Source: an uncultured delta proteobacterium (GTDB taxonomy: Bacteria; Myxococcota; Myxococcia; Myxococcales; Myxococcaceae). From it: 64,000 nucleotides of DNA. Below are positions 39,158 to 48,774 of the stretch, one piece after another. Position 1 is the first letter of the stretch, and the number at the start of each line of letters is the position of its first letter. Under the pieces are notes generated by a model. That model had not been told where the DNA came from and searched no databases. It worked only from the letters and a program-made list of their open reading frames with translations. The stretch spans positions 2,464,001 to 2,528,000 of the forward strand of contig CAWCKH010000004.1 of assembly GCA_963796055.1 (NCBI GenBank), in the 5' to 3' direction. A program made the translations under genes and the position numbers.

Positions 39158-39973
39158 ATGCCCGGAGTCCTCGCCTCCAGGAACCGGCGCCGCCGCGCCG
39201 ACGGCGCAGCTTCCCGTGCCCCCGGTGGACGGGCGGTCCTGCGCGGCCTGGGGCTGCTGGCGATCTTCGCCTCGCTGGCCTGGGTCGGGCTCCAGCTCGA
39301 CGGCTGGGCCGCCAGCTCGCCCCGGTTCGCGCTGCGGACGGTGAGGGTCCAGGGGCTCCGGCGGGCCACCGAGAAGGAGCTGCTCCGGCTCGCAGGCGTG
39401 GCCCCGGGGATGAACCTCTGGTCGCTCGATGCGGCCGCCGTCGCCCAGGCGATGGGCGCCCATCCCTGGGTCCGGACCGTCGAGGTCAGCCGGAGCCTGC
39501 CGGACACCCTCCAGCTACGTGTGGAGGAGCGTGCCCCCGTGGCCCTCGCCTCGCTGGGGGACCTGTACGTGGTCGACGCCAACGGCGCCCCGTTCAAGCG
39601 CCTCTCGCCCGCCGATGCGCTCGATCTCCCGCTGCTCACCGGGCTCGCCCGCGAGGCCGCAGAGAAGGACCCCGCCGGTACCGCCGCCCGCCTCCGCGAG
39701 GGCCTCGGCGTCCTCGAGGCCTATCAGCGCGCCTTCGAGCGGCCATGGCTGTCCGAGGTCCAGCTCGGCGAGGCGGGCTTCGACCTGGTCACCGCCGACG
39801 GCGTCCGGGTGGTGCTCGGGCGTGACGATCTGGACGGCCAGCTCCGCCGGCTTCGCCGCGTCAAGGACGAGCTACAGCAGCGGGGCCTGCTCGCCGCCGC
39901 CATTCACCTCGAGAACCGCGTCCGGCCCGGCTGGGTCGCGGTGAAGGTCCAGCCCGGCGCGAAGGCGCCTTAG
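39158..39973 (+). CDS. ftsQ: Cell division protein FtsQ
   Basis: Basic N-terminus, TM helix, POTRA (PWV..VEV.R.LPDTL…VEER); upstream of ftsA. Confidence 0.9.
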   Translation: MPGVLASRNRRRRADGAASRAPGGRAVLRGLGLLAIFASLAWVGLQLDGWAASSPRFALRTVRVQGLRRATEKELLRLAGVAPGMNLWSLDAAAVAQAMGAHPWVRTVEVSRSLPDTLQLRVEERAPVALASLGDLYVVDANGAPFKRLSPADALDLPLLTGLAREAAEKDPAGTAARLREGLGVLEAYQRAFERPWLSEVQLGEAGFDLVTADGVRVVLGRDDLDGQLRRLRRVKDELQQRGLLAAAIHLENRVRPGWVAVKVQPGAKAP

Positions 39974-39998
39974 CCACGAGCGAGAAGGGACGGAAGTC

Positions 39999-41231
39999 AT
40001 GGCCAAGCAGAAGGGTGGAGAGATCGTCGTCGGCCTGGACATCGGCACGACGAAGATCTGCGCCATCGTGGGCGAGCTCACCGAGAACGGCATCGACATC
40101 ATCGGCATCGGCAGCCATCCCTCGAAGGGCCTGCGCAAGGGCGTGGTGGTGAACATCGAGGCCACCGTGGCCTCCATTCGCCGCGCGGTCGAGGAAGCCG
40201 AGCTGATGGCCGGCTGCGAGATCACCACCGTCTACACCGGCATCGCCGGTGGCCACATCAAGGGCTTCAACAGCCAGGGGATCGTGGCGGTGAAGGACAA
40301 GGAGGTCCGCGAGGCGGACATCACCCGGGTCATCGACGCGGCCAAGGCAGTGGCCATCCCCATGGACCGGGAGGTGATCCACGTCCTTCCTCAGGAGTTC
40401 ATCATCGACGACCAGGGCGGCATCAAGGAGCCGCTGGGGATGGCCGGCGTGCGGCTGGAGGCCAAGGTCCACATCGTGACCGGCGCGGTGTCCAGCGCCC
40501 AGAACATCGTCAAGTGCGCCAACCGCACCGGGCTCAACGTCGCGGACATCGTGCTCCAGCCCCTCGCTTCCAGCGAGGCGGTGCTGGGGGAGGACGAGAA
40601 GGAGCTGGGCGTCTGCCTGGTGGACATCGGCGGCGGCACCACCGACATCGCCATCTTCTCCGGGGGAAGCATCGCCCATACCGCGGTCATCGCCCTGGGC
40701 GGGAACAACCTCACCTCGGACATCGCCATCGGGCTCCGTACCCCGGCCCACGAGGCCGAGCGCATCAAGCAGCGCTACGGCTGCGCAATGGCCTCGATGG
40801 TGGACAAGGACGAGACCATCGAGGTGCCCTCGGTGGGCGGACGGCAACCCCGGGTCATCGGCCGGCAGATCCTCTGCGAGATTCTCGAGCCGCGGGTGGA
40901 GGAGATCTTCCAGCTCGTGCACCGCGAGATCCAGAAGTGCGGCTTCGAGGACCTGCTCGCCAGCGGGGTGGTGATCACCGGCGGCTCCACCTTGCTCGCC
41001 GGCATGCCCGAGCTGGCCGAGGAGGTGCTCGGGCTTCCGGTCCGCCGCGGGATGCCGCGGGGCATCGGAGGTCTGGTCGACGTGGTGAAGAGCCCGATGT
41101 ACGCCACCGGTGTGGGCCTGGTGGTCTACGGCGCCCGCCACACCGATCGACGCCTGTTCCGGATCCGCGAGGACAACGTCTACCGGAAGGTCCGCGGCCG
41201 GATGCGGGAGTGGCTGGAGGAGATCTTCTAG
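39999..41231 (+). CDS. ftsA: Cell division protein FtsA
   Basis: GLDIGTTKI, VDIGGGTTD, GVVITGG. Confidence 0.97.
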   Translation: MAKQKGGEIVVGLDIGTTKICAIVGELTENGIDIIGIGSHPSKGLRKGVVVNIEATVASIRRAVEEAELMAGCEITTVYTGIAGGHIKGFNSQGIVAVKDKEVREADITRVIDAAKAVAIPMDREVIHVLPQEFIIDDQGGIKEPLGMAGVRLEAKVHIVTGAVSSAQNIVKCANRTGLNVADIVLQPLASSEAVLGEDEKELGVCLVDIGGGTTDIAIFSGGSIAHTAVIALGGNNLTSDIAIGLRTPAHEAERIKQRYGCAMASMVDKDETIEVPSVGGRQPRVIGRQILCEILEPRVEEIFQLVHREIQKCGFEDLLASGVVITGGSTLLAGMPELAEEVLGLPVRRGMPRGIGGLVDVVKSPMYATGVGLVVYGARHTDRRLFRIREDNVYRKVRGRMREWLEEIF

Positions 41232-41332
41232 GGGAAACACGCCCCCGCTACAGGGGTGTGTCGAAAACTTGCGAGGGCGGGGTCCGGGCCGATGATGCCC
41301 GGATCAGGCCGTGAGGCCGCGGACGAGGGCGA

Positions 41333-42511
41333 ATGGACAACTTCGATTCGAGCAAGCAGACCGCGAAGATCCGGGTGGTGGGCGTGGGTGGGGCGGGCTG
41401 CAACGCGATCAACACCATGATCGCCGCCGCGCTCGACCGGGTGAACTTCGTCGCCGCCAACACCGACATCCAGGCGCTGGCGGCGAGCCACGCGGCGATC
41501 AAGATCCAGATCGGCGAGACCCTGACCAAGGGGCTCGGCGCCGGCGCCAATCCCGAGGTGGGACGCCAGGCGGCGCTGGAGAGCAAGGACGAGATCGCCC
41601 ACGCGCTGGAGGGCGCGGACATGGTGTTCGTCACCGCGGGGATGGGCGGCGGGACGGGCACCGGTGCCGCCCCGGTGATCGCCGAAATCGCCCGCTCGCT
41701 CGGGGCGCTCACCGTGGCGGTGGTGACGAAACCCTTCCATTTCGAGGGAAACAAGCGGCGGAAGCAGGCCGAGGCGGGGCTGATCGACCTCAAGGCCTCG
41801 GTGGACACGCTGATCACCATCCCCAACCAGCGGCTTCTCGGGCTGAGCGGTCAGTCCATGCCGCTGCTGGAGACCTTCAAGCTCGCCGACGAGGTGCTGC
41901 TCAACGCGGTGCAGGGCATCAGCGACCTCATCCAGTACCACGGGTACATCAACGTCGACTTCGCAGACGTGAAGACCATCATGAGTGACCGCGGCCACGC
42001 GCTCATGGGTACCGGCCGGGCCTCGGGCGAGAAGCGAGCGGTGACCGCGATGCAGCAGGCGATCAGCTCGCCGCTGCTCGAGGACGTGCAGATCGACGGG
42101 GCCACCGGCCTGCTGATCAACATCACCGGCGGCCGTGACATGACCCTCCAGGAGGTCAACGAGGCGTTGACCCTGGTGCACGACGCCGCCGACGAGGAGG
42201 CGGAGATCATCTTCGGCAGCCTGATCGACGAGAACGTCTCGGACGAGGTGAAGATCACCATCATCGCCACCGGCTTCCAGCACCGTGGCGCCGAGGCGCG
42301 CCGGCCCGGGGCCACACCGGGGCAGGTAGCGACCCGTCCGGCCACCGCTCCAGCCGAACCGGCCGTGCACGGCCCGGTCCGCGCCCGCAGCACAGCACCG
42401 GAGCCGCGGCCGCTCGCGCCCCGCCACCTCCAGGAAAAATCGCTCCCGCTGGACGAGGATCAGTTCGACATCCCCACCTTCCTCCGACGCCAGGGACAGG
42501 GCGACTTCTAG
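41333..42511 (+). CDS. ftsZ: Cell division protein FtsZ
   Basis: GGGTGTG tubulin signature, NVDFADV, C-terminal DIPTFLR. Confidence 0.98.
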   Translation: MDNFDSSKQTAKIRVVGVGGAGCNAINTMIAAALDRVNFVAANTDIQALAASHAAIKIQIGETLTKGLGAGANPEVGRQAALESKDEIAHALEGADMVFVTAGMGGGTGTGAAPVIAEIARSLGALTVAVVTKPFHFEGNKRRKQAEAGLIDLKASVDTLITIPNQRLLGLSGQSMPLLETFKLADEVLLNAVQGISDLIQYHGYINVDFADVKTIMSDRGHALMGTGRASGEKRAVTAMQQAISSPLLEDVQIDGATGLLINITGGRDMTLQEVNEALTLVHDAADEEAEIIFGSLIDENVSDEVKITIIATGFQHRGAEARRPGATPGQVATRPATAPAEPAVHGPVRARSTAPEPRPLAPRHLQEKSLPLDEDQFDIPTFLRRQGQGDF

Positions 42512-42555
42512 GACGCCTCGGAGGCCGAGGGATCCACGTTGCAGGCGCCCGCGGC

Positions 42556-43275
42556 TCAGACCGTGCCGCTCGACCGCCAGCGGTACATCCGCTGTCGGTG
42601 GCTGGTGCCGTCCAGGGCAGCGAACAGGTGGCCGCGGAACACCATCACCAGGTGGACGAGGGCTCCTTCCACGACGTTGGTGATGATCGAACCCAGCAGC
42701 CCGAGTTCCGCCAGGGGATAGCGCGGGAGGTAGTACCAGGCGGCGAGCACCAGGAGATTCGGGATGCCCCACTCGATCCAGTTCGCCTGGAGGAAGCGGA
42801 CCGATCGCTGCACGGTCTCCAGCCCACCGTGGCTGCCGCGCTGGTAGATGACCTCGGGAGCGGCGTTGAGGAGGATGACCGCGGCGAGGAACAGCAGCTG
42901 CGAGAACACCGCCCGCTGGGGCCCGGGGACCATCAGCTCGATCACCAGCGAGGCGATCCAGTACACGAAGAAGAGATTGGCCACCGACCAGAAGTAGGCA
43001 CCGATGCTCCGACCGAACTCGTCCAGCTTCACCCGCGACTTCGAGACCACCTCCCCGAGGAAGTAGAGGTAGCAGCTCACCGCCGCGGCCCAGACCGCCC
43101 AGACGACGAACGAGCCGAGCCGCCCCAGCGCACCGAGGACCAGCCCGGTGGCGAGCTGGTTGGCCTCCAGCAGCCCGATGGGCAGCAGCAGCGTCCAGGC
43201 GTTCTTGCGGATGCCGGTCAGGGCCTGCCGGAACGCGTCGGCGTAGATGCGGAGGTAGACGGTCAGGACTTTCAT
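42556..43275 (-). CDS. Hypothetical multi-pass membrane protein
   Basis: Several TM segments; strong coding bias. Confidence 0.75.
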   Translation of the reverse strand: MKVLTVYLRIYADAFRQALTGIRKNAWTLLLPIGLLEANQLATGLVLGALGRLGSFVVWAVWAAAVSCYLYFLGEVVSKSRVKLDEFGRSIGAYFWSVANLFFVYWIASLVIELMVPGPQRAVFSQLLFLAAVILLNAAPEVIYQRGSHGGLETVQRSVRFLQANWIEWGIPNLLVLAAWYYLPRYPLAELGLLGSIITNVVEGALVHLVMVFRGHLFAALDGTSHRQRMYRWRSSGTV

Positions 43276-43373
43276 TGCGCGGGGCGGACCATGTCATCCG
43301 GCGCCTCAGCGTGCCACCCTGATGCTTGCCCCGCCGCGGGCGGGCGTGGCAGCGTGCGCCGCCCGACGCCGAC

Positions 43374-44723
43374 ATGTTCCGCTCGCTGCTCATCGCCAAC
43401 CGGGGAGAGATCGCCCGCCGCATCGGAACCGTGGCGCGGTCGATGGGGCTGCGCACCGTCGCCGTGTACTCGGACGCCGACGCCCAGGCGCCCTTCGTCC
43501 AGGAGGCCGATCAGGCGGTGCGGCTCGGCCCCCCACCTCCGAGAGAAAGCTATCTGAACGTGGAGGCGCTGGTCCGGGCGGCGAAGGAGACCGGCGCCGA
43601 GGCGGTCCATCCTGGCTACGGCTTCGTCTCCGAGAATGCCGAGTTCGCCCGCGCCTGCACCGAGGCGGGCATCGTCTTCGTCGGCCCTCCGCCCGAGTCG
43701 ATGGCGCGAATGAAGGACAAGGCCCAGGCCCGGGCGCTCGCCGCCGGAGCCGGCGTGCCCGTGGTGCCGGGGAGCGATGGGGTGGTTGCCGACCTTCGCG
43801 GGGCGAGCGAGGCCGCCGAGCGCATCGGCTTCCCCGTCCTGGTGAAGGCGGCGGGCGGCGGTGGCGGCATCGGGATGGCGGTCGCCGGTTCCCAGGCCGA
43901 GCTGGAGAAGGCGTTCCGCGCCTGCGCCGACCGGGCCCGCGCCGCGTTCGGACGCGACGCGGTCTACCTCGAGCGCTACTTCCCGGCGCCGCGGCACATC
44001 GAGGTGCAGATCCTGGGGGACACCCACGGCACGCTCCTCCACGTGCTGGAGCGGGAGTGCAGCATCCAGAGGCGCCATCAAAAGGTCCTCGAGGAGGCCG
44101 GAAGCCCGCTGTTCCTCGAAGGGAGGAGCCCCGAGCTGTTGCAGCGGATGAACCAGGCAGCGCTCGCCGCCGCGCACGCCTTCGGCTACGCCAACGCCGG
44201 GACGGTGGAGTTCCTGGTGTCCGACGGCGAGTTCTTCTTCATCGAGATGAACGCCCGGCTCCAGGTGGAGCACCCGGTGACCGAGCTGACGACCGGCGTG
44301 GACCTCATCGGCTGGCAGCTGCGCATCGCCGCCGGTGAGCGCCTCAGCGTGAGGCAGCAGGACATCCACCGCCATGGGCATGCGCTCGAGTTCCGCATCT
44401 ACGCCGAGGACCCGGTCCGCTTCCTCCCCAGCCCGGGGCCGCTGAATGTCTTCCGCCCGCCCGAGGGTGAAGGCATCCGGGTCGACGCGGGCTACGCCGA
44501 GGGCGGGGTGGTCACGCCCTACTACGACCCGCTCCTGGCCAAGCTCATCGTCTCCGGCGAGGACCGGAACCAGGCCATCCAGCGCGCCGAGGAGGCGCTG
44601 CAGCGGTTCGACATCCAGGGGCTCAAGAGCAACCTGCCCCTGCACCTGCGGATCGTGCGCGATCGCGCGTTCCAGGACGGCGCGCTCGACACCCACTTCC
44701 TGGAGCACCACGCCAAACCCTGA
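43374..44723 (+). CDS. Biotin carboxylase subunit
   Basis: IANRGEIA, HPGYGF.SEN, GGGGIGM, RECSIQRRHQK, EMNARLQVEH. Confidence 0.95.
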   Translation: MFRSLLIANRGEIARRIGTVARSMGLRTVAVYSDADAQAPFVQEADQAVRLGPPPPRESYLNVEALVRAAKETGAEAVHPGYGFVSENAEFARACTEAGIVFVGPPPESMARMKDKAQARALAAGAGVPVVPGSDGVVADLRGASEAAERIGFPVLVKAAGGGGGIGMAVAGSQAELEKAFRACADRARAAFGRDAVYLERYFPAPRHIEVQILGDTHGTLLHVLERECSIQRRHQKVLEEAGSPLFLEGRSPELLQRMNQAALAAAHAFGYANAGTVEFLVSDGEFFFIEMNARLQVEHPVTELTTGVDLIGWQLRIAAGERLSVRQQDIHRHGHALEFRIYAEDPVRFLPSPGPLNVFRPPEGEGIRVDAGYAEGGVVTPYYDPLLAKLIVSGEDRNQAIQRAEEALQRFDIQGLKSNLPLHLRIVRDRAFQDGALDTHFLEHHAKP

Positions 44724-44744
44724 TGGCATGAGGAGCGCCCCACG

Positions 44745-44957
44745 ATGGACGTCCCCGCCCACATCACCGGCACCGTGTGGAAGGTCGAGGTCTCGGTCGG
44801 CCAGGTCGTGCAGGCCGGCGAGGTGCTGGTCATCCTCGAGTCGATGAAGATGGAGATGCCCGTCGAGGCGCCGGAGGCCGGCACGGTGAAGGAGGTCCGC
44901 TGCCAGCCAAACCAGCCGGTGAACGAGGGCGACGTGCTGGTCGTGCTCGCGCCGTGA
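44745..44957 (+). CDS. Stand-alone biotin carboxyl carrier protein
   Basis: ESMKME biotinylation motif; 70 aa. Confidence 0.92.
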   Translation: MDVPAHITGTVWKVEVSVGQVVQAGEVLVILESMKMEMPVEAPEAGTVKEVRCQPNQPVNEGDVLVVLAP

Positions 44958-45724
44958 CCTCCGACGGCCGGCTCGAGCGCTCGTGGCTGCCCGGAGGCGT
45001 CCGGGTGCTCACGCTGGAACGGCCGCACCGTCGCAACGCGCTCACACCGTTCCTCCTCGACGCGCTGGCCGAGGCGCTGGCCCCGGACACGGAGGTGCGG
45101 GCACTGGTGATCGAGGCGCGGGGTCCGGCCTTCTGCGCCGGCTACGACCTGGCGCAGCTCGGGGAGGACGCCGCCGCGGCTCGCTCGCCCGATGCCCGCA
45201 TCCAGGAGGTCCTGGCCATGCTCGAGGCCCATCCGGCCCCGAGCGTGGCGGTGGTGCACGGCGCGGCGTTCGGCGCCGGCTGCGAGCTGGCCTGCGCCTG
45301 CGACTTCCGCATCGGGACTCCGGACACGGTGGTCTGCATGCCGCCGGTGCGGCTCGGCGTGGTGTACGCGCCCGAAGGCGTGTGGCGGGTGGCCCGGCTC
45401 GCCGGCCTCCAGCATGCCCGGTGGATGTTCCTCACTGCGGCCGAGGTCGGCGCCGAGGAGGCCCTGGGCTGGGGGCTGCTGGACGCCGTGGCCGAGGACG
45501 CGACGGCACGGGCGCATGCGCTGGCGGCGACCCTCGCCTCGGGCGCCCCGCTGGCGATGGCCGGGCTGCGCCGGACCCTGCGGGCTCTCGGACACGCGCC
45601 GATCGATCCGGCCGAGCGCGAGCAGCTCGAGGCGCTCCGCTCCGAGGCCTTCGCCTCCGAGGATGCAAACGAGGCGCGCACGGCCCTCCGCGAGAAGCGC
45701 CCCCCGCGCTGGCGAGGTTGCTGA
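44954..45724 (+). CDS. Crotonase/enoyl-CoA hydratase superfamily protein
   Basis: RNAL, FCAGYDL, GAGCELACACD, EKRPP.W; GTGA overlap with BCCP. Confidence 0.9.
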   Translation: MTSDGRLERSWLPGGVRVLTLERPHRRNALTPFLLDALAEALAPDTEVRALVIEARGPAFCAGYDLAQLGEDAAAARSPDARIQEVLAMLEAHPAPSVAVVHGAAFGAGCELACACDFRIGTPDTVVCMPPVRLGVVYAPEGVWRVARLAGLQHARWMFLTAAEVGAEEALGWGLLDAVAEDATARAHALAATLASGAPLAMAGLRRTLRALGHAPIDPAEREQLEALRSEAFASEDANEARTALREKRPPRWRGC

Positions 45725-45980
45725 GACCCGGCTACCGGCGAAACCGCGCTCCGGGGCTCCGGCGGACGGGGGTCTCCCCCAGCCCTCCCCCCGGGAGCTC
45801 CTCGTCTGGTTCAAGGCCCGCGTTTCCCGGGAGCGCTCGAGGTCCGCGCAGGCCGCCGCGATGAGGGCACAGCACCCGTCTCCCCGCGCGCCGCCGTCCC
45901 CTCGGGGCTGCATCACCAGCGCTCACCCGGCGCCTGCTGGACTCTGCGCTTGACCGCCGCCGGGTCCCGCCGCACCCCTC

Positions 45981-46805
45981 CTACCGTCTTCGCGCACGGA
46001 TGCAGGTGAACGGTACCTGGAGACGGAGCGCCTCCGGGTCCAGCAACCCGACCAGCGCCCGGAACACCGCCTGCCGCGCCTCGTCCGGGACCACCGCCCG
46101 CCAGGCCTCGAGGAATCCCAGCCGGATGAAGTGGTGCCGGAACAGCGCCTCTGCGCTGGTGAACGGCCAGCGGAACATGTGGATGCCTTCGTCCTCGAGC
46201 TCGAACCCGGCGGCGCGGGTCAGCTCGACCAGCTCCGCCGCTGGCCGTCGCCGGACCCGGATGTGCTCCGCGATGCGGCGCTGACCGTCCTCTACGCCCG
46301 TCTCGTCCAGCGCACGGCCGAGCGCCTCGTAGAACCCGGCCATCGTCCCGGGCAGGTTGGCGGTGAACACCAGCTGGGCGCCGGGGCGGGCCAGGCGCGC
46401 ACAGACGTCGAGCGCCGCGGGCAGGTCCGCGACGTTGTTCAGTCCGTTGTTGGAGACGATCAGGTCCACCGAGGCAGGCGGCAGCCGGAGCGCCTCCACG
46501 GTCGTCACGTGCAGGGTGACCGATTGCTCGAGACCCCACGCCGAGACCTTGCTGCGGAGTCGCTCCATCGCCGGCGCCCACGGGTCCACGCCGTGCAGGC
46601 GCGCACCCGGTCCGAGCCGCTCGGCCAGCTCGAGCAGCGGGAACCCCGTCCCGCAACCCACGTCCAGGACCGTCATCCCGGGGCGGAGCTCCACCGCGTT
46701 CAGCAGCGCCAGCCCGAACGGGGCGGACCACAGCGGCAGCTCGTCGTAGAGCGCCACCACCGCCGGATCCGTCAGGTCCGGGGTCGGTCCCTCCCAGGGC
46801 TCCAC
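45981..46805 (-). CDS. Class I SAM-dependent methyltransferase
   Basis: VLDVGCGTG, VDLIVSNNG. Confidence 0.85.
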   Translation of the reverse strand: MEPWEGPTPDLTDPAVVALYDELPLWSAPFGLALLNAVELRPGMTVLDVGCGTGFPLLELAERLGPGARLHGVDPWAPAMERLRSKVSAWGLEQSVTLHVTTVEALRLPPASVDLIVSNNGLNNVADLPAALDVCARLARPGAQLVFTANLPGTMAGFYEALGRALDETGVEDGQRRIAEHIRVRRRPAAELVELTRAAGFELEDEGIHMFRWPFTSAEALFRHHFIRLGFLEAWRAVVPDEARQAVFRALVGLLDPEALRLQVPFTCIRARRR

Positions 46806-46823
46806 CCTCCACCTCCCCGGCGT

Positions 46824-47417
46824 TCAGGCGCCGCCGAACAGCTCGGCCATCCGCAGCCGCAGCGCCGAGGCGATCTTGTACAGCGAGCTGATCGAAGCGC
46901 TCGACTCCGCCCGCTCGATCTGGCTCAGGAGCGACACCGAGAGGCCTGTCCGGCGGGCGAGCTGCTTCAGGGTCAGCTCCTGCGACTTGCGGGCCTCGCG
47001 GATGGTGCGCCCGATGGCGCGGTGCAGCTCGGCCTCCGGGTCCTTGGAGAGCCCCTTCTTCGCCAGCGCCGACTCCACCGCCGCCAGCAGTTCCTCGGGC
47101 TCGACCGGCTTCTTCACGTAGTCCGACGCCTGCGCCTTGAGCGAGGCGACGGCGGTCTCCACCGCCGGGTGCGCCGTGGCCACGATGACCGCGATGTCCG
47201 AGTCGTAGCCGCGGATCTTTTCCAGCAGCTCGGTGCCGGACATCTGCGGCATCATCATGTCCAGGATGACCAGGTGGAAGTCCTCCGCGCGCAGCCGATC
47301 CATCACCTGTGTCGGGTCGGTCAGCGCCACGACCTCGTACCCGGCCTTGGTGAGCAACAGCTGGAGGTAGTCGCCGGTCTCCTTCTCGTCGTCGACCACC
47401 AGGATGCGGATTTGCAT
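46824..47417 (-). CDS. digR: Response regulator with XRE-type HTH, probable DigR ortholog
   Basis: Receiver (VVDD, LDMMMP, KP) plus TLKQLARRTGLSVSLLSQIER; architecture and position after ftsZ match my recollection of Myxococcus DigR. Confidence 0.75.
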   Translation of the reverse strand: MQIRILVVDDEKETGDYLQLLLTKAGYEVVALTDPTQVMDRLRAEDFHLVILDMMMPQMSGTELLEKIRGYDSDIAVIVATAHPAVETAVASLKAQASDYVKKPVEPEELLAAVESALAKKGLSKDPEAELHRAIGRTIREARKSQELTLKQLARRTGLSVSLLSQIERAESSASISSLYKIASALRLRMAELFGGA

Positions 47418-47425
47418 CGCCCCTC

Positions 47426-48721
47426 CTAGCGCTGCGGCATCGCGCTGGAGGCCCTAGCCTTCTTCTGGGCGTCCGAATCCTCAAGGAATTTCTTCACCCT
47501 GGGCACGGCCGGGTCGTCGGCCGAGGCCAGCTCGAGGAACCGTCGGTAGTGGGTTTCGGCCCGGCCGGTGTCCCCGCCCCGGGCGTAGGAGGTGGCCAGC
47601 ATCAGGTGGCACCGGGGGTGGTTGCGGTCCAGCGCGAGGCAGCGCTCGAATCGCCCTGCGGCTTCGCCCACGTTCCCACCGTCGTAGAGCGTCTTCCCCT
47701 CCCGGTAGACGCGCTCCACGTCCGCGGCGCTCGCAGCCCGAAGCTGCTGCGCCTTGCGCGGGTTCTTGAGGGCGGCGGCGATGGCCACCCGGAGCTCGGC
47801 CACCTCCGGAGCCCAGGCCCGGCTGCTCCGTGCCGCCTCCAGTTTCCTGAGCGCCGCGGACGGTCTGCCCTGGTCGAGCTCCCTCCGCGCGCTCTTCACC
47901 GCCCGGCCGGCCGCCGCCTCCACCCGCCAGGTCCGCCGCAAACCTTGCGCCTCCGCCTGGAAGGCGCGGTCGCGCACCGAGGCGAGGAGCCGCAGGGCTC
48001 GCTCGAACTCACGGGCCTCGGCGGCCGCGCGCGCCGCGGCCATCCACTCGGTGGCAGTGCTCGGTCGGGTCGCGGGCACGGTGGGCGGCGTCAGCTCCAG
48101 GGGGGGTGGCTCGGCCGGTGAGGGCGGGGGAACCTCGCCCACCACCTCGGGAGTGGGCGGGGGCGGAACCGCGCTCCGGGCCCGGGACGCGTCGCCGTCG
48201 CGCACGCGGAGCAGGAGCGCGCCGCCGAGCCCCAGCACCAGTCCCATCACCACCACGCCCAGCGCCCGACGGGAACGTCGGACGGGAGCTTCGAGCTCGG
48301 CGACCGGCCCCCCGGCCTGCTCCCCCGTGGCGAGCAGCAGCGGATGGGGTGCGGTGTCGGCCAGGACGTCTCCGATGAGAACGGCTGCAGGCTCGGGTAC
48401 CGTGGTCCGGGGCAGGGGGACGTCGAGCGGCACCTCGTCCGGGCGGAGGGCCACCCCGTAGTCGCCGATCGCCACCAGATCTCCGTCGCCGAGCGGGACC
48501 GGCTCGGTGATGCGGATCCCGTTCACCCGGGTGCCGTTGGCGCTGCGCAGGTCCTCGAGGAGCACCCCCCCGTCCCTGCGGAGTAGCCGGGCGTGCAGGC
48601 GAGAGACGTTTCTCTCCGGGAGATGGACCAGGTTGTCCTGTCCCCGACCGATGGTGATCTCGTCGCGGTCGAGGGGAACCTCCCGCCGGTGCCCCTCGTC
48701 GTCTTCGATCACCAGCTTCAT
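47426..48721 (-). CDS. FHA-domain membrane protein with C-terminal TPRs
   Basis: IGR, NVSRLHA, SANGT.VNG FHA motifs; TM helix; Pro-rich linker; TPRs. Confidence 0.88.
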   Translation of the reverse strand: MKLVIEDDEGHRREVPLDRDEITIGRGQDNLVHLPERNVSRLHARLLRRDGGVLLEDLRSANGTRVNGIRITEPVPLGDGDLVAIGDYGVALRPDEVPLDVPLPRTTVPEPAAVLIGDVLADTAPHPLLLATGEQAGGPVAELEAPVRRSRRALGVVVMGLVLGLGGALLLRVRDGDASRARSAVPPPPTPEVVGEVPPPSPAEPPPLELTPPTVPATRPSTATEWMAAARAAAEAREFERALRLLASVRDRAFQAEAQGLRRTWRVEAAAGRAVKSARRELDQGRPSAALRKLEAARSSRAWAPEVAELRVAIAAALKNPRKAQQLRAASAADVERVYREGKTLYDGGNVGEAAGRFERCLALDRNHPRCHLMLATSYARGGDTGRAETHYRRFLELASADDPAVPRVKKFLEDSDAQKKARASSAMPQR

Positions 48722-48774
48722 GGGTCCACCAGGCCCCTCCCCGGCGCCAGGCCCATGCTACAAGGCGCGGCCGC

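Noticed and set aside
45725..45980. 256-nt gap between convergent genes as a possible ncRNA (6S/SRP) or small ORF
   Set aside because: No SRP, RNase P, tmRNA or 6S signature recognised; needs an Rfam search
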